Shown here piece by piece: positions 1 to 12,370 of a stretch of 64,000 nucleotides of DNA; position 1 is the stretch's first letter, and every line of letters starts with the position of its first letter. Position numbers and translations under genes: made by a program. The notes under the pieces are model-generated. The model had not been told where the DNA came from. It worked only from the letters and a program-made list of their open reading frames with translations, and made no database searches. The DNA comes from Isurus oxyrinchus (Eukaryota), in the NCBI GenBank assembly GCA_026770705.1, contig JANJGN010000035.1, positions 6,386,001 through 6,450,000 on the forward strand. Reading direction: 5' to 3'.

Positions 1-41
1 TTTGGGTAGGAGATAGAAGCGGGCAGTCCGAGGTTGGGCGA

Positions 42-1220
42 CTATCCGGTTGGAAGCCGTGGGAGGGAGATCCCCAGAGGAGATGAGATCACTGACAGTC
101 CTGGAAACAATGGCTTGATGTTCAGTGGTGGGGTCATGGTCCAGGGAGAGGTAGGAGGAAGTGTCTGCGAGTTGACGCTCAGCCTCTGCGAGGTAGAGGT
201 CAGTGCGCCAGACAACAACAGCACCAAACTTGTCAGCGGGTTTGATGACAATGTCCGGGTTGGACCTGAGAGAATGGAGTGCAGTAAGTTCAGAGAGAGA
301 CAGGTTAGAATGGGTGAGAGGAGCAGAGAAATTAAGACGACTAATGTTCGCCGACAGTTCTCAATGAAAAGATTGAGAGAAGGTAAGAATCCAGAGGGAG
401 GGGTCCAGGTGGAGGGAGAATATTGGAGATGGGTAAAAGGATCCGTTGAACTGGGAGAGGACTCCTGCCCAAAGAAGTGAACCCGGAGATGAAGACGGTG
501 GAAGAAGAGTTCAGTATCATGCCGAGCCCGAAATTCATTGAGGTGAGGGCGTAAGGGTATGAAACTAAGTCCTTTGCTGAGCACTGAACGTTCAGGATCG
601 GAGAGTGGAAGGTCAGGGGGTATAGTGAATACATGGCTGGGGTTGGGATTGGAAGAAAGGGTGGGGACGGAGGGACAGGCAGGGGTGGAGGGTCCTAGTT
701 AAGTGTTGGTGTCGATGAGTTGTTGTAGCTTGTGTTCCTTAGCACTTGAGAGAAAGAGAAAAAGTTTCTTGTTGAGGCGTCGGATGAGCCGAAGGATAAA
801 ATGAAACTGGGGGCACGCGCAGCTTTGAAAAAGGGCACAGCGGTGCTGCTGGAGGGAGAGGTCAAGTGTGCTCATATGGCGGCGCATGGCACTGAGTGTT
901 GATTTCAGAATGTGACGGGAACAGCAGTCCGAGAAACGTTTTAGGTCCCGGAGATACCGGTAATCCTGGGTGGGTTCGAAACATGAGGGGTGGGATTTCA
1001 GTTGAAATCCACGTGGGGTAAGTCGGAGACGGAGACAGTCGCTGAGAAAGGAGATATGGCTGTGAAAGCAGGTTTTAGTAAAGACCTTGTCAAACACCAG
1101 GAGGGAAATGGAAGGCAAAGCAGGTGAACAAGGCAGCAGATAGATACGGAAATCTTGTCGCAGAGAGGAACAGAACATCTTCAAGGAGGTAGGCATTTCT
1201 TGAAGAGCAGTGGCAGTCAA
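42..1220 (-). pseudogene. PLE ORF N-terminal region, interrupted by a stop/frameshift
   Basis: ORFs 699-1220 (HISFLSDCLRLRLTPRGFQLK) and 42-584 (LSKGLSFIP...FFHRLHLRVHF) resemble the PLE N-terminal domain. They lie directly downstream of the pseudo-LTR. Confidence 0.75.
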
Positions 1221-1330
1221 TTAAACACAGAGATAAAAACAAAAAACCTGCAGATGCTGGAAATCCAAAAAAAAACCCAGAACTACCTGGAAAAACACAG
1301 CCGTTCTGGCAGCATCAGCGGAGAAGAAAA

Positions 1331-1371
1331 GAGTTAACGTTTCGAGTCCTCATGACCCTTCGACAAAACTT
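1331..1371 (-). ncRNA. Minimal type-I hammerhead ribozyme-like motif (mutated core) in PLE pseudo-LTR
   Basis: Minus strand reads aagtt-TTGTCGA-a-gggtc-atgag-gactc-GAAAC-GTT-aactc: stem I, core, stem II, GAAAC/GUH. Confidence 0.6.
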
Positions 1372-1757
1372 GAGTTCGAGTCCAAGAAAGAGTTGAAATA
1401 TAAGCTGGTTTAAGTTGTGTGTGTGGGGGGCGGAGAGATAGAGAGAGAGAGAGAGAGAGGTTCGGGTTGGGGGGGTGGGCGATGTGGTTGTGTGGACAAA
1501 CAAGCAGTGATAGAAGCAGATCATCAAAAGATGTCAAAGACAATGGTACAATAGAACACATAGGTCTTAAAGTTAAAGTTGGTGATATTATCTAAACGAA
1601 TGTGCTAATTAAGAATGGATGGTAGGGCACTCAAGTTATAGCTCTAGTGGGAATTTTTTTATATAATGGAAATAGGTGGGAAAAGGAAAATATTTATAAT
1701 TTATTGGAAAAAAAAGGAAGGGGGAAACAGAAAGGGGCAGGGGATGGGGGAGGGAGC

Positions 1758-2940
1758 TCACGACCTAAAGTTGTTGAATTCAATATGCATCCCGGAAGGC
1801 TCTAAGGTGCCCAGTCGGAAGATGAGGTCTTGTTCCTCCAGTTTGCGTTGGGCTTCACTGGAACAATGCAGCAAGCCAAGGACAGATATGTGGGCAAGAG
1901 AGCAGGGTGGAGTGTTAAAATGGCAAGCGACAGGGAGGTTTGGGTCATTCTTGCGGACAGACCGCAGGTGTTCTGCAAAGCGGTCGCCCAGTTTACGTTT
2001 GGTCTCTCCACTGTAGAGAAGACAACCTTGGGAGCAACGAATGCAGTAGACTAAGTTGGGGGAAATGCAAGTGACATGCTGCTTTACTTGAAAGGAGTGT
2101 TTGAGCCCTTGGACGGTGAGGAGAGAGGAAGTGAAGGGGCAGGTGTTACATCTTTTGCGTGGGCATGGGGTGGTGCCATAGGAGGGGGTTGAGGAGTAGG
2201 GGGTGATGGAGGAGTGGACCAGGGTGTACCGGAGGGAGCGATCCCTACGGAATGCCGATAAGGGGGGTGAAGGGAAAATGTAATTGGTGGTGGCATCATG
2301 CCGGATTTGGCGGAAAAGGCGGAGGATGATCCTTTGAATGCGGAGGCTGGTGGGGTGATAAGTGAGGACAAGGGGGACCCTATCATGTTTCTGTGAGGGA
2401 GGAGACGGCGTGAGGGCAGATGCGTGGGAGATGGGCCGGACATGGTTGAGGGCCCTGTCAACGACCGTGGGTGGAAAACCTCGGTTAAGGAAGAAGGAGG
2501 ACACGTCAGAGGAACTGTTTTTGAAGGTAGCATCATCAGAACAGATGCGACGGAAGCGAAGGAACTGGGAGAATGGGATGGAGTCCTTACAGGAAGCGGG
2601 GTGTGAGGAGCTGTAGTCGAGGTAGCTGTGGGAGTCGGTGGGTTTATAATGGATATTGGTGGACAGTCTATCACCAGAGATTGAGATAGAGAGGTCAAGG
2701 AAGGGAAGGGAAGTGTCAGAGATGGACGACGTGAAAATGATGGAGGGGGGGAGATTGGAAGCAAAATTAATAAATTTTTCCATGTTCCAACGAGAGCATG
2801 AAGCAAAACTGAAGTAATCATCGATGTACTGTAGAAAGAGTTTGGGAAGTGGGCCGGAGTAGGACTGTAACAAGGAATGTTCCACATACCCCATAAAGAG
2901 ACAGCCATAGCTGGGGCCCATGCGGGTACCCATAGCCACC
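1758..2940 (-). pseudogene. PLE ORF C-terminal half (RT motifs, thumb, GIY-YIG endonuclease), 5'-truncated at the inversion junction
   Basis: 397-aa ORF track: AMGT..GPSY, YIDD, FLD, IHYKPT..YL..SS.HP, CxxxxCxxC, VYCIRC..LY.GET.R. Confidence 0.9.
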
Positions 2941-3201
2941 AGCCTCCACATTCAAAGGATCATCCTCCGCCATTTCCGCCAACTCCAGCATGATGCCACC
3001 ACCAAACACATCTTCCCTTCACCCCCCTTATCGGCATTCCGTAGGGATCGCTCCCTCCGGGACACCCTGGTCCACTCCTCCATCACCCCCTAATCCTCAA
3101 CCCCCTCCTATGGCACCACCCCATGCCCATGCAAAAGATGTAACACCTGCCCCTTCACTTCCTCTCTCCTCACCGTCCAAGGGCCCAAACACTCCTTTCA
3201 A

Positions 3202-3531
3202 GTGAAGCAGCATTTCACTTGCATTTCCCCCAACTTAGTCTACTGCATTCGTTGCTCCCAATGTGGTCTCCTCTACATTGGAGAGACCAAACGTAAACTA
3301 GGTGACCGCTTTGCAGAACACCTGCGGTCTGTCCGCATGAATGAACCAAACCTCCCTGTCGCTTGCCATTTTAACACTCCACCCTGCTCTCTTGCCGAAA
3401 TGTCTGTCCTTGGCTTGCTGCATTGTTCCAGTGAAGCCCAATGCAAACTGGAGGAACAGCATCTCATGTTCCGACTAGGCACCTTACAGCCTTGCAGTCT
3501 GAATATTGAATTCAACAACTTTAGGTCGTGA
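3202..3531 (+). pseudogene. GIY-YIG endonuclease domain of the inverted PLE copy
   Basis: Nearly identical to the C-terminus of the 1758-2951 ORF; in-frame TAA upstream at ~3091. Confidence 0.88.
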
Positions 3532-3904
3532 GCTCCCTCCCCCATCCCCACCCACTTTCTTTTTCCCCCTTCCTTTTTTTCCCAATAAATTATAAAGATT
3601 TTCATTTTCCCACCTATTTCCATTATATAAAAAAATTCCCACTAGAGCTATAACTTGAGTGCCCTACCATCCATTCTTAATTAGCACAGTCGTTTAGATA
3701 ATATCACCAACTTTAACTTTAAAACCTATGTGTTCTATTGTACCATTGTCGTTGACATCTTTTGATGATCTGCTTCTATCACTGCTTGTTTGTCCACACA
3801 ACCACATCGCCCCCCCCCCAACCCCAACCTCTCTCTATCTCTCCACCCCCGACACATACACCTTAAACCAGCTTATATTTCAACTCTTTCTTGGACTCGA
3901 ACTC

Positions 3905-3945
3905 AAGTTCAGTCGAAGGGTCATTAGGCCTCGAAACGTCAACTC
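3905..3945 (+). ncRNA. Minimal hammerhead ribozyme-like motif (mutated core)
   Basis: aagtt-CAGTCGA-agggtcattaggcctc-GAAAC-GTC-aactc. Confidence 0.6.
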
Positions 3946-4429
3946 TTTTCTTCTCCGCTGATGCTGCCGGACCTGCTGAGTTTTTCCAGGTAATTCTTTT
4001 TTTGTTATACCATCAGGGCTGTGGGGAACGGAGCAATCGAGGGTCTTCAGAAATGCATCTTTTCTGGTGATAATCAAAACGTGGATCTCAGATGTAACAA
4101 GGCTTTTGTTAAAGGTGTCTTGATGATAAAGTCATGCAGGACGAACTCTGCTGGAGGAGGATGGAGTTCTGAAGGAGTTTGGAACTGCACATGGTGCGAT
4201 ATATGCTGGAAAAATGGCAAGCAAACCTGTGGGACTTATCTTTGTGCTGTTAACTATGTTAAGTGGAACTTAAGGCTTCCACTGAATACAATTTGCCTGC
4301 TAATTCATGATTAGCTTATATTGATCTTTTTGTTTGACTGTTACGGTAACATTTTCACAAAGTGAATCTTTTACATTGTTATTTTGTTTTGGTCCATTGG
4401 ACTCGTTTGGGAAGTTCAGGATTGGGAGG

Positions 4430-5250
4430 TGTACATTCGCAAATTATTTAAATTGACAAAGCAGGTTGGGGAAGCTGTTAATAAATCATATGGGATTCTG
4501 GACTTCACAAATAATGGTGCAGAATACAAACGTTAAAAAACAAAACGTTACGAAGAGTCCATAAAGTTCAAAACAAAAACAGAATTACCTGGAAAAACGC
4601 AGCAGGTCTGGCAGCATCGGCGGAGAAGAAAAGAAGAAAAGCAGTTCTGCTGAAGTGCCATGAGGACTCGAAACGTCAACTCTTTTCTTATCCGCCGATG
4701 CTGCCAGACCTGCTGAGTTTTTCCAGGTAATTCTGTTTCTGTTTTGGATTTCCAGCATCCTCAGTTTATTGTTTTTATCACCATAAAATTGAAAGACTTT
4801 TGCGTCCTCAACTGGAATGTTTCACCCATTTCTGGATAACACGCTTTAAGCAGGGTATGAAGGCTTATACTAGGCTGCAGAAAATCTTCACCAGAATGTT
4901 TCCAGGCATGTGGAACTTCAGTTGAGTGGATAGAGAATATAAACTGGGAGTGCCCTGCTCGGAGAACAAAATTTAAGAGCAGGTTTGATATAAATTTTCA
5001 AAATAATGTCAGTTCCGAAGAGTAGACAGGAAGAAAGTGTTCCCATTCCCAAAGCATGCTGAAGAGACATCTTTTATTATGCGGCAAATTGAAGCAGATT
5101 AAACCTTGGCTTTCAAAGGTAACTGGACAACTATCTGAAGCGCTGCATGGCAACTGTGCGGAATTTGGCCGAAGTGAGTTGCTAAGGGCTAACATCGATG
5201 TGGCTGACTGAATGGCCTCTTTCTGCACTGCAGCCGTTCTAAATTCTATG
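4430..5250 (+). mobile_element. Degenerate CR1 LINE 3' fragment, split by the mini-PLE
   Basis: Relics of CR1 ORF2 C-terminal coding sequence (gcagaaaatcttcaccagaatgtttccaggcatg) and tail (ggctgactgaatggcctctttctgcactg). Confidence 0.65.
4567..4780 (+). mobile_element. Non-autonomous PLE mini-element (inverted pseudo-LTR ends around a hammerhead), inserted in a CR1 fragment
   Basis: ~4571-4633 is the reverse complement of ~4681-4745; same terminal sequence as 1230-1330 and 3945-4000; core cagtt-CTGCTGA...GAAACGTC-aactc at 4642-4682. Confidence 0.8.
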
Positions 5251-6189
5251 TTGCTTTTAAGGCAGAATTCACATGATCAAGATGTTATCTGAACTCAAGT
5301 TCTCTGAGTGCTGGGCACCGTCTCTGCCCGAGTAGTCTGGCACTAAATTACACTTTATTAACCTGCTCATTTGAAATCTGCTCTGCTAAATCCCTATTTA
5401 CCTGAATGGAGTTCGATGAGCGCCAATTCTATGGTGTGCATTACAATATTTACCAAAACTCCATGCAAACTATTATAAAATGAAAATCTTTTATTGTAAT
5501 TGTTTCATACCCTGATGCCTATTAATCCCATAACCTTCTCTCACACCCTGGTCACTGCCTGCCATGTCTCTCACCTCTCTTCTCTTAAAAATAAGGAACT
5601 TTAACATTTATGGGGGAAAATTGGATTAGCGATCCACCCTGGATGTTTCTGATCCATATGAATGTTTTGCGGTTCCTGTTGTCTTTTCCGAAAACCTCCG
5701 AAATATCACTACGAGAATCGCCCTGGCATGTAAAGGTAACTGCCAACAGCTTTTTCCCACGAGAATATGTCTTTTTAACCATATTGTTCCTGAATGTTCC
5801 ACCTCCAACTCAAAAAATTATGAACTCATTCCTTCATTTTTGTAAATGAATGGATCCATTCATCCATTTTCACCTTTGATTACTTTTGTTTCCCCAGCCC
5901 ATGGTTCAAACTTGTTTTAAAATTATCACCATGTTAATTTCATCTTCTTCTAGTTTCTCTCCATCTACCCTGCCCCCTCTGAGATAATTTACCCATGAGA
6001 ACCAGCCCCTGCTCTATCGATACTTTCCCCGCTAAATGCCTGGCTGCCCACCCTCTTTTCCAATCTCCCTTGCTAAACTGTCTCTTCAGAAAATCTCTCC
6101 ATCTCCTTCAAATCTGATGTTATCAACTGTCTCCACACACACATGGGCACACACATAAAATAAAGACAATCTTGTGCTCTCTGTCATTA

Positions 6190-7030
6190 CATGTTAACAC
6201 ACCATCTCCAAAACTTCCTGTCTTTAAGGCGAATTTTCCTTGCAAGGCCATTTCTCCTAGCTCTCCAAGCCTGAACCGCCACAAAGAAGATCGTGGTAGA
6301 ATTTCTAGCACCCGAAACAGAGGAGGGAGGGGCAAGTTGTGAATGTCTTTTCACAAGGCGAAAATTCGGATGCAATTCACTAAAATATGATAATGTTGGT
6401 TTAGTACACAATGCAGTGAAAGTTCGGGAATGTTTTAATTGATAGCTTCTTCTTGTGACCTTGCCGGACCCGAAAAGTGAGGAGATGTTTTTTATAGCTT
6501 CGTGATGAACACGCAAACGCAGGGGTAAATACCTTAGGAGACTTTTCAGGTTTTGTCCAAATGTCGTGGATGCACACTTGTTCCTTATGGCTGATGTCAC
6601 AAGCCGTAAAACCTTGGGTTCCATTGTATGTGCATTTATGATTTATTGGGGCAAGGCAACAAATATGTGCAAAACATGATGAAGTTGCACTGAATAAAGC
6701 CTTTAAACGTTCAGCCACGGTGACAACGCCCCCTCATTTAACAAGTAATGTGTGTTAGCTGAGTTTGTGCTGAATCGCTGCTAATTTAACGGGCATATCA
6801 AATCTTAGCATGTTGTTCTATATAAAAAGCGACCTTCTGCTTTAAAATAAACCTGCCAACACAGGGGAAAAAAAAAAAGTACCCAACCAGAATAACGACA
6901 TTCAAGTAGAGACAGATATCAAAATTGACACTCCAAAAACAGGCAGACCCACAACATTGAACTTTAACTATCCACCGAATGGATATCATTAACAGAGTTA
7001 ATTGAATATGCTGTTTCAATGCATAACAAT
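6190..7030 (-). pseudogene. Highly decayed NLR NACHT exon
   Basis: Motif relics in NACHT order on the minus strand: CGSACFWS (Walker A-like), YFFFFPC, VLRLVTS, LFGSGKVTRRSYQLKHSRTFTALCTKPTLSYF (LCxxP), LGELGEMALQG; multiple frameshifts. Confidence 0.5.
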
Positions 7031-8039
7031 GCATTCAGGAACAGGACTGAACCATGCATGTTATTAAGTTTATCACGATATTAAGTTATTTTTTCAACAT
7101 GTTACGTACCACCATTATTTAAAATATGTGTCAAGGATGGGAGAGACTTCAGCCTTGACAAAATATCGAAAGTTAATGAAAGCAGTATTGATAGGAAAGG
7201 ATCAAATAGATTGTCTTGAAATATGCTAATATAATACTACCAATGAAGTAACCCTGGATATTATCTATTGCCTGTTAAGTAGGGAAGTATTTATTTCCAC
7301 TATATGCGCATGTTTGAAAACATAATAATTGTTCTGCCATTCAAGTTTTATACCTACGTGCTTGATGGAAATTTTAATAAAAGTAATTGGTTAAAACGCT
7401 TCATTAGCATCAGCAGCACACAGGGTCGACAAAAGCCACATACTTTGCACCAAGGAAGGTGGAACAGATCTGACTCAATGAGGGGAAGTTTTGTATCCTT
7501 ACTTATGTTAAGAATTTGCCCGAGAAAGTGTAAGCGGGCGTTTGAAATATTGTGAGCGTGCGTCGAGTAAAGGCAATCTGAAACAGGTATGTTTTGAACG
7601 TTGACCTTTTGTTTTTAAAAGCTTGAGACACTGAAATTGAGACCTGCAACTGCAAGGACACAATGTAACCGAATCAAGTGATAATGGTGCATGATCAAAG
7701 GCATGTTTTAATGCAATTTGATCATATGCGAATTGTCATGTAGAAGGGATAAGGACACATTTCAAGCGTGAATGGCAGAACAGATGATTGGAATTCGATT
7801 CATACCTTGTCAATCTACATACCGAACTCAAAACGGAAATGTGTCGATTGCTCCTACTAAAAGTTAAAATGCTTGTGTCGTCAGCGCTGTTGTGAAATGC
7901 ACAGTTAATTATTTTTTTCCCAAGAAATCTGTGGCATCTGCCAATCAGTACTCCAAGCATAAGTGCTTCTAGAAGGAATTTCTAGGAATAAATGTTTACA
8001 ATCTTTGGTTAATATCGTTGTGAGTACTGTTTTACTCAC

Positions 8040-8230
8040 CATTTGGCAACTTGGCAGTGGCTAAAGGAAATCGACAGTGCGCACATTAATTTTGTCCTAC
8101 TAATATTCTCGAAATACTGTTCAAGTTTCAGGTTGTTAAAAAATCGATGCCACATTTCTTTCTCAATGACAAATTCTACAAACATTTCACTCGGTGATTT
8201 CTTCAAAGTCCTCATTTATAATTGATATGT
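8040..8230 (-). pseudogene. Possible N-terminal death-fold/CARD-like exon of the same NLR relic
   Basis: SEMFVEFVIEKEMWHRF...LKLEQYFENI resembles the shark NLR N-terminal repeat; the frame ends at a gtgagt donor (plus-strand actcac at 8034-8039). Confidence 0.35.
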
Positions 8231-9103
8231 TTCAGGCCACTCACAGAAGCATCAACTGACTAGGTTAAAACGGTCTCACAATCTGAAGGTTGCTCCTGAA
8301 ACAGACTAGAATGAACATTTATTGCTTTCCCACCAAAACGTTCAGTAAATAAAAGTTTGTGTCACTTGGCCATTCTACCTCTATAGCTACTTTTTCAAAA
8401 TGGCTCTCAACTTCACCCTCATAAATTTAGGCATCAGGCGAATATTATTTGCTATTTCAAAACTCGGAGCGAGATTCTACTGAACATCTGAACCACTGGC
8501 CACGCCACCACCACGTCCCGCCCGTACATTCACACAGAAAACTTCAGTTTTCTTTAGCCAATTCATAAGTTCCTGTCTTTTTAAAATATTTTCCTGTCTT
8601 TGAAACTGTCTTTCCTTACATCTCACCTCCCTTGCTTAACTCTCTCGAATTCAAGTTCAAACCTTCACATAACTCTTTCCTTCACATTTGCCTCTCTTTT
8701 GGTCGTTTTTTTTTTAAAATCTGTTGTGTATCACAACCTGATTAAACTCTTTTTCTTGTGCACAGTGTTTCATCTGCAATCGAATTGCAGCCAGCTCAAT
8801 ATCGTTCTACCTGAGTCAGCATTTCCTCTTTGAATCCCAGACGCTGCGCTATTACGTCAATTATATCTGCTTCCTTTGCCCCTGTTTTTAAATTTAGCTT
8901 GATATGTTGTGCCAATGCGATTAAACTAACCCTCGTTAATTGGTGCACATCATTCCTGAAAAGTCAACAGCAACTGACTAAGACATTTGGCTTTTCAATA
9001 AATATAGTAAAATTCACTGAGGTATCCCATTAGCCTTAAGCTTAGCGAATCTCTGCACTCGTATCCGCCTGTGTATTCGACAGCCCACAAAGAGCCCCAA
9101 AAT

Positions 9104-9924
9104 TGTGATGATCCCAGGTAAATTTTGCTATCAGCCAGGACGAATGCTCAATTTGTTATGTTCTCAGACACGAACCCCATTTCATTTTATAACCTGGTGA
9201 AAGGCCAATGAACTTTGCTGTATAACAGTCGGCAATTCTCATCCCAGTGACTGATTAAGAGAAGAAATGAACAACATTCTTTCATTTTAAAGAAAACATT
9301 TGTTTTATTACACATTAGCTAACAGGCTAAAAGTCACTCCAACACTCTGAATGAAACCGGGGTAAGCATGAAATCAAAGCGAAACACAATAAATTATATG
9401 TTAAGTTGCAGGTACAGCCAAGACAGGTGTCGCAAATTCCTCAGCAGCTCACACAGACGTCAGCGATCACTGTAACCACCAAGGTCATTCAAAATCTATC
9501 TTCCTCATGAAGGATTTTATCTCCGATCTTTTGAGAAGATAGTTGTTGCTTTTCCAGAACAATCACTCCAAATCAGAATGCCTCTCACCCCCTAGTCGCT
9601 ATTCATCTCCCAGTTGCTCAATATCTTTTGACAAGGCTGCCTTCCTGTGGAGTCAGGACGATGTGCCCCCACATTTAATCACCAGCATGAGACCAGCTAT
9701 CAGCTATTCGGAGTAGGACCCCCAAAAGTCCACGTCAAGAATTCATTTGGATCAGATGTTATAATACATGATATCCACCATGGGGCAATAACTTTTAAGC
9801 GGAAATGGTATCAATTAGAAACTTACGGGCCTTGTAGTCGGGCCAAAGGTAAAACAATCATCTTCCCCATGTTTCCCGATCAGTTACAGCTGATTCAAAA
9901 TATTCAGTTGCAATCCTATGATAC
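9104..9924. mobile_element. Possible solo LTR
   Basis: TGTGAT...ATACA termini and LTR-like composition; no target-site duplication seen. Confidence 0.25.
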
Positions 9925-11352
9925 AATGTAGTGGAGGATCGGGCAAGATTGGGCAGAGTTGGAAATCATGCAATGTCATGTGGTTGGGGGATTTTTTGGG
10001 CCGATAAATCGAATGCTCATGGACACAGTGGGTAACAATTTTGTTGTGGGAAGAGAAGCATTTGCTATGGGGGCCTTTGCTGATTTGAAATAGTTTGGGC
10101 TGGAACAATAGGAGGGGAACTCCGCCAAATGAGATCAATGGCAAAAGGAAGGAGAGAGCAGTTGTGGGCGTCTTGCACTTTTGGATGAAGGTGTGGCAAT
10201 GGGGAGGCGCGTGGACATAAAGGGAATTAAAGGGCAATGATTTTCAAACTAACGGAATTCAGGAGTAGGAGCTCATGTCGGGTAGTGAGAGCGAGGGCTA
10301 CGGGCGTGCTTTTTTGGGTGGTTGACATGAGCAAGATCGTTCTGGATCAGTAGACATTGATGAAAAGTGGCAACAGAATGTACAGCAATAAATTAAATGA
10401 GGGCATGGAGTCAGCAACTGGCCCCGTTTTAGTTGAAATGGAGCCTTTAAGCAAAATAAAAATGCAGAAAAATAAAAAGAAGTAACCATCTGTACTACAA
10501 TATTACGGAGGCGAATATCAATGGGGAACATTCGGTGTACATACCGTAATATCGTGCCCAGTTAGTTCTAAACTGCAATCCATAACGTTCTCATTAACTA
10601 TCAAAGCCTCAATGCTCATATTTTAACTGTGAAGCATAGAAATAAACTTAAACGAACTTGTTTGTATTAACTTAACATTGCAGAGAAATAGGTGACATTT
10701 ATAGACGAATATACAGTGATTACATGCTCAAAAAATAGTGTGAAAAATGTAAATAAATTCTCTCATTATGGCGAGATTAGTTGCACGTTATTGCAAATTT
10801 CAGTCCTATTTCCAACAGAGGTTCAGGTAAGGAAATATCCTAGAGTTTGCGGTATGTATTACATATGTCTTATTAACCACAGTAAAGTTAAAGAGGGGAT
10901 CATGATTTGTTTGTTTAAGGGAGTGGAGCTAATGTCATTTATCAACTCTGTAGAGGTATAATCAACTCCTTTATAAATTAAGGCTCACAGCAATGGGTCA
11001 GCTCATAGCACTTGTCAGAGTTGTGGGTGCTAGACGAACGGAATACACTGCACCTCACAAAAAACGGGTTATCCAGTAATATATCAGATACAATCTGTTT
11101 ACTATTTGGTTATTTCAGAGTTTGGAGCTCTTGGTAAACTGCGAACTTCGCTTTTAAATGTGCAATTCTTTGTAAACCCTACTGCTGTACTTGGCATTAT
11201 TTTTCATTGCAACTTTTGCATAGCTGCCTATTTTGTTCGACCAGTTAGATAATGGAATGTCCGTCGTCTCCACCCAGAAAGTAAAACATTTTATTTAATT
11301 TATTTGACACGTTGTTTGTAAGTAATGTCACGACTCGCTGGGGATAGTGCAC

Positions 11353-12290
11353 TGTAATATCAAGCCCCACTGCTCCCCGAGCCGCAACGAATGTGAAAAG
11401 TTTGATCAAACCACCAGATTGCTACAATTCTAACTGTTTAATTTATTTTAACAGAATATGAACACGATGTTTCCAAACTTTATAAGTAAATAGCTGTTTT
11501 ACTGAACAAACTGCCTTTAACAATTGACAAATGAAATATGTACGAACGGCTAACTTCTAACTCTATAGTTTAAACTCTACCCCTTTTTAAACCCCCGTAC
11601 ACTAAAACACACAAACACACACATAAGACACACAAAACATGGATTTTAAGAGTGAGATCGAACAGTTCAGTAGAAACAATCTGGAGTACAGGATTACATT
11701 GGTTGATTTTGATTGATGTCTTCCAAATTCTTTGCAGTGTGTTGTTGACATGAGGTGGTCTCCCAAGACTTTCAGTTTGCGGTTCACTGTTTGAAAAACT
11801 TGCTTTTCAATGTCACTACTGGTGGTTTTTCCCCATTTCCTCTTGAACGGGGTTTTAAGAGAAAGCAGCTTCTAGAGATGTGAGAGATAGCCAGCTAGCT
11901 ATTATGGCAGAATTACTGGAATCTTACAAACACAAGAGAGAGAGAGAGAAAGGTTTCAGGTCTTCCCTCTTTGCAGGCTACTAGCTGTTCCTCTTGCACT
12001 GTTACCACGCAGAACATTGGCCACCTGGTCAACAGCCAATTAAAATACTGTCTTCAGGCAATTCCCCCTAGTCCAGAATGCCTTTCCGGTACCAATCCGT
12101 TCCTCTATGGCACACTATATTTCAGAATAGCAACATTGTAGATATTCCTCATTCCACTCCACTGACCATGTACTTCAACTGCAACCATGGTGGCCTTCAA
12201 AGCCACAATCCACTTTTGAAGCCACAGTCCAAGAACAAAACAAAAATGTTATTTAGAATATCAGCTCAAGTTTCATTTAAATAGAAAGAA
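11353..12290. mobile_element. Possible solo LTR
   Basis: Begins TGTAA; internal CA/GA runs typical of fish LTRs; 3' end not defined. Confidence 0.25.
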
Positions 12291-12370
12291 GGCACTCTGG
12301 TAATCGTATATCATTTGTGGTTAACTATATGCAGCTTGAGGGAACTTACCAGTTATTACTTGAACACGGA

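Larger units (their letters stand above)
1..4005 (-). mobile_element. Penelope-like retroelement (PLE) array: element body (1-~1229, runs off window), upstream 5'-truncated tandem copy (~1230-2940) and inverted 3' copy (2936-~4005, + strand)
   Basis: RT motifs (VAMGTRMGPSY, QYIDDYF, LPFLD) and GIY-YIG endonuclease (NLVYCIRCSQCGLLYIGETKRKLGDRFAEH). 2936-4005 is the reverse complement of ~1265-2353. Hammerhead-like motif at each 3' end. Confidence 0.92.

Noticed and set aside
34-3961. Numerous overlapping ORFs (e.g. 2084-2908, 1666-2016, 34-480)
   Set aside because: Alternative-frame or antisense shadows of the PLE ORF and pseudo-LTR.
1-4005. Selenoprotein-type (Naiad-like) PLE with UGA recoding
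   Set aside because: The internal stops I checked are TAA, and I recognised no SECIS element.
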